This document shows, one piece after another, positions 45,346 through 56,184 of a stretch of DNA of 64,000 nt (positions within the stretch are counted from its first letter, which is position 1; each line of letters starts with the position of its first letter). The position numbers and the translations under genes are program-made. The DNA is taken from positions 224,001 through 288,000 of the forward strand of contig CAWJDT010000001.1 of the NCBI GenBank assembly GCA_963841735.1. Direction: 5' to 3'. The notes under the pieces were generated by a model. That model saw only the letters and a list, made by a program, of their open reading frames with translations. It did no database searches and was not told the origin of the DNA. Source of the DNA: an uncultured Actinomycetes bacterium. GTDB taxonomy: Bacteria > Actinomycetota > Thermoleophilia > RBG-16-64-13.

Positions 45346-47712
45346 TCAGGCTTCTTCGTCCGGAGCGGCCACCTGGCCTGTGCCCTCGGTCGCGGCCACG
45401 CCGGCGCCCTCAGCGACTTTGCCGGAGGCGGGCCTGCGCGTTACCGGCTTGCGCACCGCGGGTTTCTTCGCAGCGCCGGCCGTGGTCTTGGCCGCCGCGG
45501 CCGCACTGGTCTTCTTCGGCGCCGCCTTGCGGGTCGTGGCCGACTTGGTGGTCTTCTTCGCCGCTGTCTTGCGGGCCGGCGCCGCGCCGGCCTCGCCGGA
45601 GGCGTCCTCCGAGCCGTCCTTGGCGACGCGACTCCCTGTGGTCTTGCCCCCGGCCAGGCGCTCCGCCTTGGCCGCCTGCTTCTGCCGGTACTCTTCCTTG
45701 GTGGGGCAGTGAGGGTCGAGGCAAAGGATCCACGGCCGTCGCCCGCCAAGTATCTTGATCTTCGGGGTATTGCACTGTGGGCATATGTCATCGGTGCCGA
45801 TGATGTCGCCCCTCTGCGGCAGCGGATAGGTCTGGTCGCAGTTGGGGTAACCCTCGCAGCCAACAAACCGCTTCTTGGTAGCTTTCGACCGGATGACGCG
45901 CAACTTCTCGGTGCCGCACTTAGGACAGGGGCCCAATATGCGATCGTCGGTGATGCCCTCGTAGATCTTGGCGGCCATCTGCACCTTGTTCTGCTCCAGC
46001 GAAGTGTAGGCCTGGCGCAGCAGATCGCGAGAGGTCTTCACCACCTCTTCCTTGGTGAGATCGCGCACAGAGATGGAGTCCATGTCCCTCTCCAGCTGGG
46101 CGGTCATCTCCGGAGTGGCGATGAGCGGGGCGAACTCCTGGAGAGCCTCGGCCATCTTCATGCCCATCTCGGTGGGCTCCACCGGGTTGCCATGCACATA
46201 GCCCCGGTCGTACAGGTTCTGGAGAATGGCGTGCCTCGTGGCTTTGGTGCCCAGGTTGTGTTTCTCCATCAACTCGATCAGGGGCCCTTGGCCATAGCGG
46301 GACGGCGGCTGAGTCTCTTTGGCCTCGAAGCTCTTGTCCGCCAGTTCCACCAAGTCGTCCTTCTGCAGTAAGGGCAGCTCGAGGTCCTTCTGGCGGCTGT
46401 AGTGGTAGTACTCAAGCCACCCGGCTTTGACCACCCGGCTGCCTCGGGCGAAGAAGGGCTCGCCGCTGATGGCCACGTCCACCCGGTTGGACTCCATGAT
46501 CGCTTCGTCGGCTAGGGTAGCCATGAAGCGCCGGACCACCAGCTCGTAGAGGCGCCAGTCCCGTTCGCTGAGATCGCCCTGCTTGGGACCACCGGTGGGA
46601 TAGATCGGAGGATGGTCGGTGGTCCGCTTCTCGCCGCGGCTGGGATGCAACGCCGGCTGGGCGAGCAACTGCCCAGCTTCGCGCTTGAACTCTCCCTGAG
46701 CCAATATCTCCAGCGCCTCACGCAGATCGAGCGACGTGGGGTACACCGTGTTGTCGGTGCGCGGGTAGCTGATGTGGCCCGCCATGTAGAGGTCCTCGGC
46801 GATGCGCATCGCCATGGCCGCGCCGAAGCCCAGCGAAGTGGCCGCGCTTGTGAAGCTGGTGGTGTTGAAAGGAGCCGGACGCGGCACCTTGCGCGAAGTC
46901 TGCTTGACGGCCGTGACCTGGCCCGGGCTGGCGATCTTCTCAAAAATGTCCGTTGCTTTGGCTTCGTCGGTGAACCGCTCTTCCTTGTGGACGGCGGTGA
47001 ATCTCTGTCCCCCCGAATCCAGCTCCACCTTGACCACCCAGAACGGCTCGGAAACAAACGCCCGCCGCTCCAGCTCCCGCTCGGCGATCAACACCAAGGT
47101 GGGGGTCTGCACCCGGCCCACACTGAGAAACTGACTGCCCAAGCGCGAAGTGGCCAACGACACAAACCGGGTGAGAGTGGCCCCCCAGATGAGGTCGATG
47201 TCCTGGCGGGCCTCTCCGGCCCTGGCCAGCGGTTCGGAGAGTTGATCCAGATTCGCAAAGGCCTTGGTGATCTCGCTTGGGGTCAACGCCGAGAAACGAG
47301 CCCGGCGAACTGTGCGGGAGAGCTTCGCGTTCTCTTCCACCGCCAAGTTGAGTGCCTCCAGCCCGATCAGCTCGCCCTCGCGGTCGAAGTCGGTGGCGAT
47401 GATGAGAGTCGTGGCATCGACGGCCAATCTCTTGACCGCCCGCACCACCGACTTAGCGGTCTCGGTCTTGATCAAGGGCGCGTCGATGAGCGACTTGACA
47501 TCCACCTTGCGCCACTCGGAGTATTCCGGAGGAAAGTCCACCTGCACCACGTGGCCCTTGAGTCCGACGCACGCGCTCGCGACGGCCCGCGGTGTCGGTG
47601 AAATAGGTAGTAGGGGACGCGGAGGTGCGATTCCTCCTTGACGCCCGCCCAGGGCCAGTATCCCGGAGATCTTCTTCGCGACGTCGTTCTTCTCGGTGAT
47701 GATCAGCTGCAA
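45346..47712 (-). CDS. topA: type IA DNA topoisomerase with one C-terminal Cys4 zinc region and a Lys/Ala-rich tail
   Basis: IITEK TOPRIM, ATDFDREGELIG, SVGRVQTPTL, catalytic ISYPRTD, GTKATR. Compensating indels at about 47575-47650. Confidence 0.92.
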   Translation of the reverse strand: MQLIITEKNDVAKKISGILALGGRQGGIAPPRPLLPISPTPRAVASACVGLKGHVVQVDFPPEYSEWRKVDVKSLIDAPLIKTETAKSVVRAVKRLAVDATTLIIATDFDREGELIGLEALNLAVEENAKLSRTVRRARFSALTPSEITKAFANLDQLSEPLARAGEARQDIDLIWGATLTRFVSLATSRLGSQFLSVGRVQTPTLVLIAERELERRAFVSEPFWVVKVELDSGGQRFTAVHKEERFTDEAKATDIFEKIASPGQVTAVKQTSRKVPRPAPFNTTSFTSAATSLGFGAAMAMRIAEDLYMAGHISYPRTDNTVYPTSLDLREALEILAQGEFKREAGQLLAQPALHPSRGEKRTTDHPPIYPTGGPKQGDLSERDWRLYELVVRRFMATLADEAIMESNRVDVAISGEPFFARGSRVVKAGWLEYYHYSRQKDLELPLLQKDDLVELADKSFEAKETQPPSRYGQGPLIELMEKHNLGTKATRHAILQNLYDRGYVHGNPVEPTEMGMKMAEALQEFAPLIATPEMTAQLERDMDSISVRDLTKEEVVKTSRDLLRQAYTSLEQNKVQMAAKIYEGITDDRILGPCPKCGTEKLRVIRSKATKKRFVGCEGYPNCDQTYPLPQRGDIIGTDDICPQCNTPKIKILGGRRPWILCLDPHCPTKEEYRQKQAAKAERLAGGKTTGSRVAKDGSEDASGEAGAAPARKTAAKKTTKSATTRKAAPKKTSAAAAAKTTAGAAKKPAVRKPVTRRPASGKVAEGAGVAATEGTGQVAAPDEEA

Positions 47713-47798
47713 AAGGGAGTCTCCTCGCGCACCAGGGTACGGGACTTATAAGAGCGAACGATAGCATGCCCATCGGCGCGGACGCCCGGGCATCGAAG

Positions 47799-48135
47799 TC
47801 AAACGCCGGCTAGCGCGGTCTCCACTTGGGAAAAGATGGCGAAGATGCCGTCAAAGCCGGTGATGTGAAAGATCTTGAGCAAGAAGGGATCGTCCACGAC
47901 TAGACGAAAGTCGCCTCCGCCGGCCTGCGCCGCCTGATGCGCGCCGGCCAGGACACCAAGGGCGGTGGAGTCGATGAACTGCACCTGGGAGAGGTCGAGC
48001 ACCACACGGCCGCCCGAGGGCACGGACTCTTCAAGCGTCTCCCGCAACCGTGGAGCCGTGTACACGTCGAGATCGCCACCAACGTGGATGACGGTCGAAT
48101 CCGCCGTTCGCCTCGGTGCTGATAGACAGACTCAA
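47799..48135 (-). CDS. STAS-domain anti-sigma factor antagonist (BldG/RsbV-like), frameshift near 48100
   Basis: TVIHVGGDLDVYTAPRLRE, DLSQVQFIDSTALGVL (phosphorylatable Ser), KIFHITG. Confidence 0.88.
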
Positions 48136-48239
48136 ACGCTTCCTCTCAATGCCCGGGACGGCTGGATAGCACCTGTCCGAGCAGATCGACCAGTGACTTC
48201 AGTATATACATTTCGGGAAGAATCTGCGTTTCCCGCAGG

Positions 48240-48958
48240 CTAGCCGGTCGTGGAAGTGGTCACGGCCGTAGTCGTGGTAGTGGCAGCCGGCAGAGTGGTG
48301 GTCGTGGTGGCACCGGTGGCGCTAGTAGTGGTGTTACCGATGAGCTCGTCCAGTTGTGCTGGATGATCTTCGCATAGTCACCGTTGGGATCGAGCTGCAG
48401 GTATTTCTGCCAGGCCAGGGCGGCCGCCTCGACGTTCCCCAGGACTTCTGGGCCGTCCCTAGCTTGAGAAAGATGTCGGGGTTGTTGGGATCGACAACTA
48501 TGGCCTTGTTGAGCGTCACCACCGCCGGTTGCAGTGCCGCGGAGGTACCCATCGTAGTGATGTAGATGTCGGCCAGCCGCAAGTAGACTTCTTTGAGGCT
48601 CGGATCGACTTCTATGGCCCGCTCGAGCGTAGGCGATCCGCCAGCTGCAGGTACTGGGAATCGCCTTGGTCCCTCACCCGCTTGGTACAAGCGCTGGTAG
48701 ACGGTGGCGGCGCCCTGCATGGCTCGGTGTCGTCGGGATTCGGCCGCAAGAGCAGCCTCAGGTACGTAGCCAATTGGCCCAGCCCGGTGACAGGCACGGT
48801 GGTCTCGGTGCAGCCGCCCGAGAGAATCTCGGAGAAGGTTGAAGCCAGCACCGCCCGTAGCCGATGCCCATAAAGAGGAAGCCCGCCGCGAAGATGATCG
48901 CCAGCCCCAGAGCCACCCACTTGGCCCACTTCCTTATTCGCCTACGGTCAAGAAGCAA
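48240..48958 (-). CDS. membrane-anchored TPR protein with Thr-rich tail, several frameshifts
   Basis: MLLDRRRIRKWAKWVALGLAIIF TM segment. TPR fragments LERAIEVDP, LNKAIVVDPNNPDIFLKLG, AWQKYLQLDP in different frames. Confidence 0.65.
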
Positions 48959-49113
48959 GGTGTTCTCCTAGAGGTCGATTCCCCCGTGCAGGCCCGACGG
49001 CAGGGACCGGCCGGCCCTTACGGCTGCGGACTGCCCGACAGATTATGCCGTACTCGGGGCTTTGTCGCCACTATAAGCGCCGCAAAGCAGTCCCGCGACC
49101 AGAGATTGTGCGC

Positions 49114-52100
49114 CTATTCGAGTTCCCAGAGTAAGCAAGGATGCCCTTGGTGAGACCCTGGACGATCTTGTCCTGATAGGCGGCGGTCGCAAGCAGTCGG
49201 TCTTCGGCCGGATTGGTCATGAAGCCGATCTCGGGAATGATCACGGGCACGTCCGACCAGTTGAAACCGGTCATGTCGCTCCGGACCATGAGACCGCGAT
49301 TGGTCGCCCCGGTTGCCGCCACCAGCTCCTTGCAGGACTACGGTGGCCGCGCTCTTCGAGGCCACGGCGATGTCGTCCGTCCAGCCCGGCGACGCTGGCG
49401 GGATAGAGAACGTGCGCGCCGGCCACCGCCCGGTTGGGATACGCATCGGCGTGGACACGGACCAACAGATCGGCGCCGGCCTGATTCGCCATCAGCGCGC
49501 GCTGCACGTTGGATACGTTCACGTCCTGAGTGGTGCGGGTCATGATCACGGTGATGCCTTGGGCCTCAAGCGCGTCCCGCAGCTTCAGCGACACGGCAAG
49601 AACCAGTTGGCTCTCGCGAGTGCCCGTGACCACGCCCATGGCGCCGGCGCTGACCTTGGCCTTCTTCTCAGTGGATCCCGGCCCAATCGGTTCCAGGCTG
49701 TAGATCGGCCTTGGCCTGATGGCCGGGGTCGATGACCACTACCAGGCCTGATGTGGGACGCCCCAGGGTCCCAGCGATGTCAAAGGCATCGGTTCCGATG
49801 TTGTAGCCGGTTGCCGCGGGATTCTTGGTACCGGTCCAACTGATGGTGACGGTGTGAGTGCCTGAGCTCAGGGTCCCACTCTGCCACACCTTCTGTTGCC
49901 AGACCTCCTTGGCGCTGTAGAGATCGACGATGGTGGGGGCGCCGCCGTCGAGGATCAGCCGAGCTTTGCCGTACACCGGGCTCTTCTTGGTGACCCAGAC
50001 AAAGGAGGTGCCGGTGAATGTGACGGTTACCGACGACCCCACGCTGTTGGCGTAGCGGAAGCTACGGGCGGAGGCCGCCGGCGCCCAGGCGTTGGTTTTC
50101 CAAGTGCCCACATAAGCCAGACCAGCATCGCCCTGTTCGAAACGCTTGACCACGGGTGCCTTGGCGGTCGTAGTGGCGGTGGTCACCGGCATCGTAGTCG
50201 TGGTGGTTGGCGCCAGGGTGGTCGTGGTGGTTGGCGCGATGGTGGTCGGCAGGGCCTGCCCCAAGGTGCCCAGCGATGTCAAAGGCATCGGTTCCGATGT
50301 TGTAGTCGACAGCCAAAGGATTCTTGGTGCCGGTCCAACTCGATGGTGACGGTGTGGGTGCCCTGCTCCAGAGTCCCGCTCTGCCACACCTTCTGCTGCC
50401 AGACTTCCGTGGCGCTGTAGAGATCGACGATGGTGGGGGTGCCGCCGTCGAGGGTCAGCCGGGCCTTGCCGTACCTCGGGCTCATCTTGGTGACCCAGGT
50501 AAGGGAGGTGCCGGTGAACTGGACCGTGACCGAGCAGACGGACATGTTGGCGTAGCGATAGCTGCGGCTGGAGGCCGACGAGAGGGGAGCAGCGATCCAA
50601 GTGCCCCTATACAGCAGGTTTGCGTCGGCCTGTTCGTAGCGCTTGACCGGCGCCGGATCGGCCGCGATGGTGGTAGTTGTGCCCGGAGATACGGTGGTGG
50701 TCGTTGTGGTGGTGGTTGTGGCCGTGACCGGCGACGTGGTCGTGGTGGTAGAGGGAGGCGTCGTCGTGGTCGTGGTAGACGCGGCAGTGGTGGTAGTCAG
50801 CGGCGACGTGCCCGATGGTGCCCAGGATGTCGAAAGCGTCGACTCCGATGTTGGTGTTGGTCGCCAACGGATTCTTCGCGCCGGTCCAACTGATGGTGAC
50901 GGTGTGAGCGCCGTCGTCTCAGCGTCCCGCTCTGCCAGACCTTCTGCTGCCAGACTTCCGTGGCGCTGTAGAGGTCCACCTGCACCACCGGCCCACCATC
51001 GACGACGACGGTCGCGATTCCGTAGACCGGGCTCTTCTTGTTGAGCCAGATGAAGGAGGTGCCGGTGAACTTGACGGTGACCGCGGACCCAGAAGCGTTG
51101 GCGTAGCAGAAACTGCTGTTGGAGGCCGCCGATGCCGTCAGGAGTTGACGCTCCAGGTACCCTTGTACACCAGACTTGGATCGCTCTGCTGATAGCGAGT
51201 GTAGGGCGATACGATGCGTCGCGCCGTGATGTAGCTGGCACGGTAAGCGTTCTCGATGGTGACCAAGTCACCACTACGCGGCGCATTGATCATCATGCCC
51301 ACCACCAACGTAGATGCCCACGTGGCTGATGGGGGTGTAGAAGAAGATGAGGTCGCCGGGTTTGAGATCGGCTTTGCTGACAGGCGTACCGTACGTGGCC
51401 TGTGAGCCGGAGTAGTGCGGCAGACGTGGTCCCGAGCTTCCCGTAGACGTACATGGCGAACCCGGAGCAGTCGAAGCCCGTGCTCGTACTCGCACCGGCC
51501 CAGAGGTAGGGCACTCCCACGTACTTGAGCGCTTCTTGCACGACCTTGTCGCCCATCCAGGCGGGGCCATCGTCCGTGTAGACATAGACATCCTTGGTAC
51601 TGGCCGGACTCTTCCCCCAGAAGTTGGTGACACCCACCTCCACCGGACAAGCACCTTCGGCCGCCGGAACGGAGAGGATGGTGAGCTGCGTGCCGGAGTC
51701 GATCCGCCAGCCGGAAGCCGGAAGCACGGCCTTGCCCATACGCACCTCGGTCACCCCGTTCAGCCCACTGCCCGTGACGGTAAGGCCGCCCCCTCCCGCC
51801 ACCGGCCCGATCGTTGCGGAGAGACCGGTGATGCGCGGGCTGTTGAGACTCTTTACCTCCCGGTAGACCGCCCACCCAAGCCCCACAAAGTCAACCGTGC
51901 ATATCTGCGCGGCCCGGGCCTTCATCGCTGTGACGGTGGGACCCGGCAGGCTGGCGACCGTGGAGAGCAACACTACGCCTTTGTAGCGGGCAAAGTACGG
52001 GGCCAGCACGGCACCGTCGGGGAAGTCGTAGCCGGGCACCAAGCCTACCCGTTCATAGCTTGCCCAGCCTTTGGAGACGGCATACTCCGCCAGTTGGTGG

Positions 52101-52862
52101 CAGGCGTCATAGCGGCCGTCAGGATCGCCGGAGCCGCTCGTCCCGATGATGTTCTTCGTGACCGTGAAGCCGCTGACGCCGGGGTCTACGTTTGTGCCGA
52201 TGGCGATCCCGGTCTTCACCCCGAGCTGTTCTATAGCCGCTCTGGCAGCGGGCGCGAAGGGGCCGGCTGCAGGCGTCAGAATGATGGGCCAGCCCTTGGC
52301 CGCCGCCAGCGAGGCGGCGGCGAGAGCACCGGCGTAGCTGTCGCCAGGAGCTATCACCACTCCCGACACGCTGCCCAGCCTGATCTTGATCTCGCGGGCG
52401 ACCAGGGCCGCCGTCTGGTATCGATCGGAGCCCGTGACGCTGATCACCTGCACCTTAGGCACGACCACCTGCAGCGCCGTTCGCACCTGGCGCGCCATGT
52501 CGTAGGGGAGGCCGACGATGTAGATCAAGGCCGGCTTGAGCCGCTTGAGTTCCGCCGCCACATCCCCCGTGAGTGTGGGCGAACTGGTGGGCAGCAACGG
52601 ACCCTCGCACACCCCGGCCAGCACGGCCGCGGTGAGCGAGTCGCTGTAGCTGTTGATGTTGCTTAGGACCGCGGCGGGTGCCCCGCTGGGGAACGCCTTG
52701 CTTCGACAAGGAGATTGCGTTAGCTATGTGACTGCCCGTGGATGAGTTGATCGGGCTGGAAAGAGTGGGCCCTGCCAACGCAGGCGCGGATGCCGCCAGA
52801 AACATCACTATAAGCAGGAGCGCCCCCACTATAGGGACGAATACCCTCCCGATACGAAGCAT
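49114..52862 (-). CDS. secreted multidomain autolysin: signal peptide, CWB2 repeats, IPT/TIG, NlpC/P60, three beta-repeats with Thr linkers, Amidase_3; many frameshifts, 3' end approximate
   Basis: GSDRYQTAA, GWPIILT, G.DFPD (CWB2). YVGVPYLWAG...GFDCSG, DLKPGDLIFF, HVGIY (NlpC/P60). Three copies of SVTV.FTGTS..W...SP.YG....DGG...VDLYSA. VIDPGH, VHAD, PEIGFMTN (amidase). Confidence 0.8.
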
Positions 52863-53117
52863 GTCGTTCCTCCAGCATCGACCCGGCTGCGTCCCCTACG
52901 CTGGAATAGAACAACCAGCGAGCCCCCTCGGGGGAGGATCCGGTCCCGACTAAATCGCCGCCTGTGCCGCGAACCCTAGGGACCTACGCACCGGTGTTTT
53001 TTGCCGTGCGAGGATGGTATCGGCACAAACTCCACATACCCTGATACAGGTTGCGCGAGTGGAAGGCAGCCGCTGGGGTGGCAGTAGCGATCATTCGCCG
53101 CTGCCGAGTTCTTCCTA

Positions 53118-54629
53118 CTAGCGCGCTCCCAGCCCCAGCTTTGCGCGCACGGCCGTGGCCGCCCGAGCCACGGCCGCCGGAACCACGTCGCCTTCGGACA
53201 CGGTGGCGCCGTCCACCATGGTCATAGCCACGTCGGCGGCGGAGGCGGCCGCGACTAGCGCCACCACAGGGTCCGCGCGGGATGCGCTCCTGCCCAGGCC
53301 GGCCGCGGACGGGACAGAGATCCGCGCCTCCCCGTCAAGCCCGGACGGCTCTCCCGCGGGGAGCCGCACGGCGATAACGTCGGCCCGTTTGCCCCCTTCC
53401 AGGCTGCCGATCAGATGATCCCATCCCAGAGCGCGCGCCCCGTCAAGCGTAGCCATGCGGAGGACCGCGGCCGAGGTCAGCGGCGCGGCGCTCGGAGCAG
53501 GCGCCGGCTGTGGCCGGCGCGCCGCGAAGCGCGCGCTCGCGGCTCAGCGCTAGGGCCGCCCGCATCTCCGCGAACATGTCCAGGTCGTCGTTGGAGCAGA
53601 GACCGTCGGTGCCCAGTCCCACTGTGACCCCTGCGGCGGCCAACTCGGCCACCGGAGCGATGCCGCACTCCAAGCGCAGATTGGAGCGCGGGCAGTGAGC
53701 CACCGCCGCCCCGCTCGCGGCCAACGTGGCGATATCGGCATCGTCGATCTGCACCGCGTGCACCACCAGCATGTTCCAGCCCAGCGCCCCCGTGCCAGCA
53801 ACGTAGCTCACCGGGCTCTTTCCCGGTGGTCGCCACCGCTGCCCGCTCCAGAGGTTGGCCGCCTTGTACGCAAGCGCGATGGCACCCGTGCCGCGCAACA
53901 GCAGTTCCACCTCCGCCTGCGACTCGCCACATGAGCCGCCAGCCGGAGGCCGCGGCGGCGGGCAAGACGAGCCGTCTCGCGATACAGACGGGCGGATACA
54001 GTGTAGGGAGCGTGCGGAGAGATGCCCCACTCTACCGCGGGCCCGGTCGCGGCCGAGTTGGCGGCCGCTTCGCCACCCCGGGCGCCGCTACCAGCGACGT
54101 CGCGAGAGCCGCCGACGCCCTCGCCGCATAGTCGGTCGAGCCTCTCCTCCAGCCGCCGCATGGTCGCGGGCAAAGCCGGAATCGTCCAGACCAAAGACCT
54201 CCCAGGTAGACGCGGGCGCGCAGCCCCGCCGCGCGGGCTGCGCCCGCCACGGTCACGCCATCAGGCGTAGTGTCGGCGATGGCGGTGACGCCGCTCCGCA
54301 CGCACTCGTGGGCCCCCCACAAGGCCGAAGCCGCGTAGTCCTCGGGGTCGAGCTTGCGCCTGGCCATGAGCAGGCGCAGCATCCACTCTCCGAACCCGCA
54401 CTCAGGCGCGAACCCGCGGAAGGCCGAGTACTCAAGGTGAGTGTGGGTGTTTACGAGCCCAGGCAACAACGCACAGCCGGGAAACGCCCGGACCTCTTCG
54501 CCGGGATGCCGGCGCTTCATCTCCGCCGCCGCGCCCACCTCGACGATCAGCCCCGTCCGCGATCAGAACCCCTCCGTCCGGGATGGGCGGGCTGCTGACC
54601 GGGATGATCCAATCGCCGCAAAGGAGCAC
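53118..54629 (-). CDS. metal-dependent amidohydrolase (MtaD/SsnA-like deaminase family), frameshifted
   Basis: [63 protein letters not shown]...GSLE.GKRAD across several frames. Confidence 0.85.
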
Positions 54630-54687
54630 CGTTCCGCCTCCTATCGCCGGACGGCGCCGATTCGCCCCGGCGTGTCCACCCGGCGAC

Positions 54688-56184
54688 TCAGCCGAACAGC
54701 GAGTCGAAGGCCCGGGTCACCGCGTCCCAGAGCGACGATGGCACAAGGCCGATGGCCAAGGTCGCGGCGGCACACACCGCGAGCGCCGCGGCCATCCCTC
54801 CCGAGATAGGCGCCTTGAGCACGAGCTCTTCTTCGGGCTCTTTGAAGAACATGTAGACGATCACCCGCAGGTAGTAGTAGACCGAGACCGCGCTGAGCAG
54901 CACGCCGATCACCACCAGCCACCACAATCCCGCCCACACCACGCCGCTGAACACATAGAACTTACCTATGAAGCCGGCCGTTCCCGGGATACCGGTTAGC
55001 GAAAGCAGGAACAGCGACAGCAGCACCGCCGCCCAGGGGGAGCGCCTGCCCAATCCGGCGAAGTGCTTGAGTGAGTAGTCGAACTTCTCGGGCGATTGCG
55101 CCTTCAGATAGGCTAGTATCCCGAACGCACCCAGATTCATGAAGGTGTAGGCCACCAGGTATATCAACACTCCCTGGCCAGGATAGGAGTTGCCGCTCCA
55201 GCCCATGGCCCCCACGCCAGTGAGCAGGTAGCCGGCATGGGCGATGGACGAATAGGCCAGCATCCTCTTCACGTTGGTCTGCACCAGCGCATACAGGTTG
55301 CCTGCCAGCATGGTTGCGATGGCCAGCACCACGAACAAGCACGCCCCACCTCCCGATCTGCCCGGGGAACGCCACCACGAAGGCCGACATGATGACCGCG
55401 AAAGCCGCCGCCTTGGGTCCCACCGAGAAGAACGCGGCAACCGGAGTAGGCGCGCCTTGGTAGACATCGGGGGTCCACATGTGGAAGGGAGCGGCCGACA
55501 CTTTGAAGGCAAGGCCGACGGCAAACAGGAAGACGGCCAGGGTCACTCCCACTCCGCTCCGCCCGATACCGGCCCCGTCGATGCCGGCCAGCGCCTGCCC
55601 CGCGGTCCAGTAGTTGGTGCTGCCCGATAGGCCATACACCAGCGAGATGCCGTACAGCATGATGGCCGATGCGAACGACCCCGTCAGGAAGTACTTGAGC
55701 GACGACTCGTTGGCGCGCACCCGGTTGCGGAAGAAGCCGGCCAGCACAGTAGCTGCTGACGGCCATGAGCTCGAGCGCCACCCAGAAGAGGATGAAGTCG
55801 CGGGCCGCCGCCATCAGGTCCATACCGATGACCGCGAACAAGAGGAGGGCGTAGTACTCACCCATATGACGCCGGTGCGCCTCCAGGTATCCCGAGGACA
55901 TGAGAACCGTCAGCGCCGCTCCGATTGCGAACAGCGCCTTGAAGAACACCGCCCAGTCGTTCAGCACCAGCATGCCGCTGAAGGCCTCCTGGTGCCTCCC
56001 CGTCAGAGCCAGCGACGCCACCAACGACCCAAGGAGGCCGACGAGTGCCAGACGCCAAGACCGCGGTCCGGTCGGACCTGCCCGGTGGGTCGTTCTTGAG
56101 AAACGGCTCCACCAGCAAGATGAGGCAGGCCGCCACCAGCAGGATGAGTTCAGGAAGCAGAGTGATCAGATCAGCGGCTTTCAT
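54688..56184 (-). CDS. nuoN: NADH-quinone oxidoreductase subunit N, frameshifted
   Basis: LELM, ESSLKYFLTG, FKVSAAPFHMWTPDVYQGAP, KRMLAYSSIAHAGY, SLTGIP..AGF.GK. Confidence 0.92.

Noticed and set aside
52940-52990. ykkC/guanidine-I or cyclic-dinucleotide riboswitch (CTAGGGTTC seen on the minus strand)
   Set aside because: The other conserved elements (CUGGUCC.AG, GGGA.AAAAGCCCG, or the ydaO and GEMM cores) are missing.
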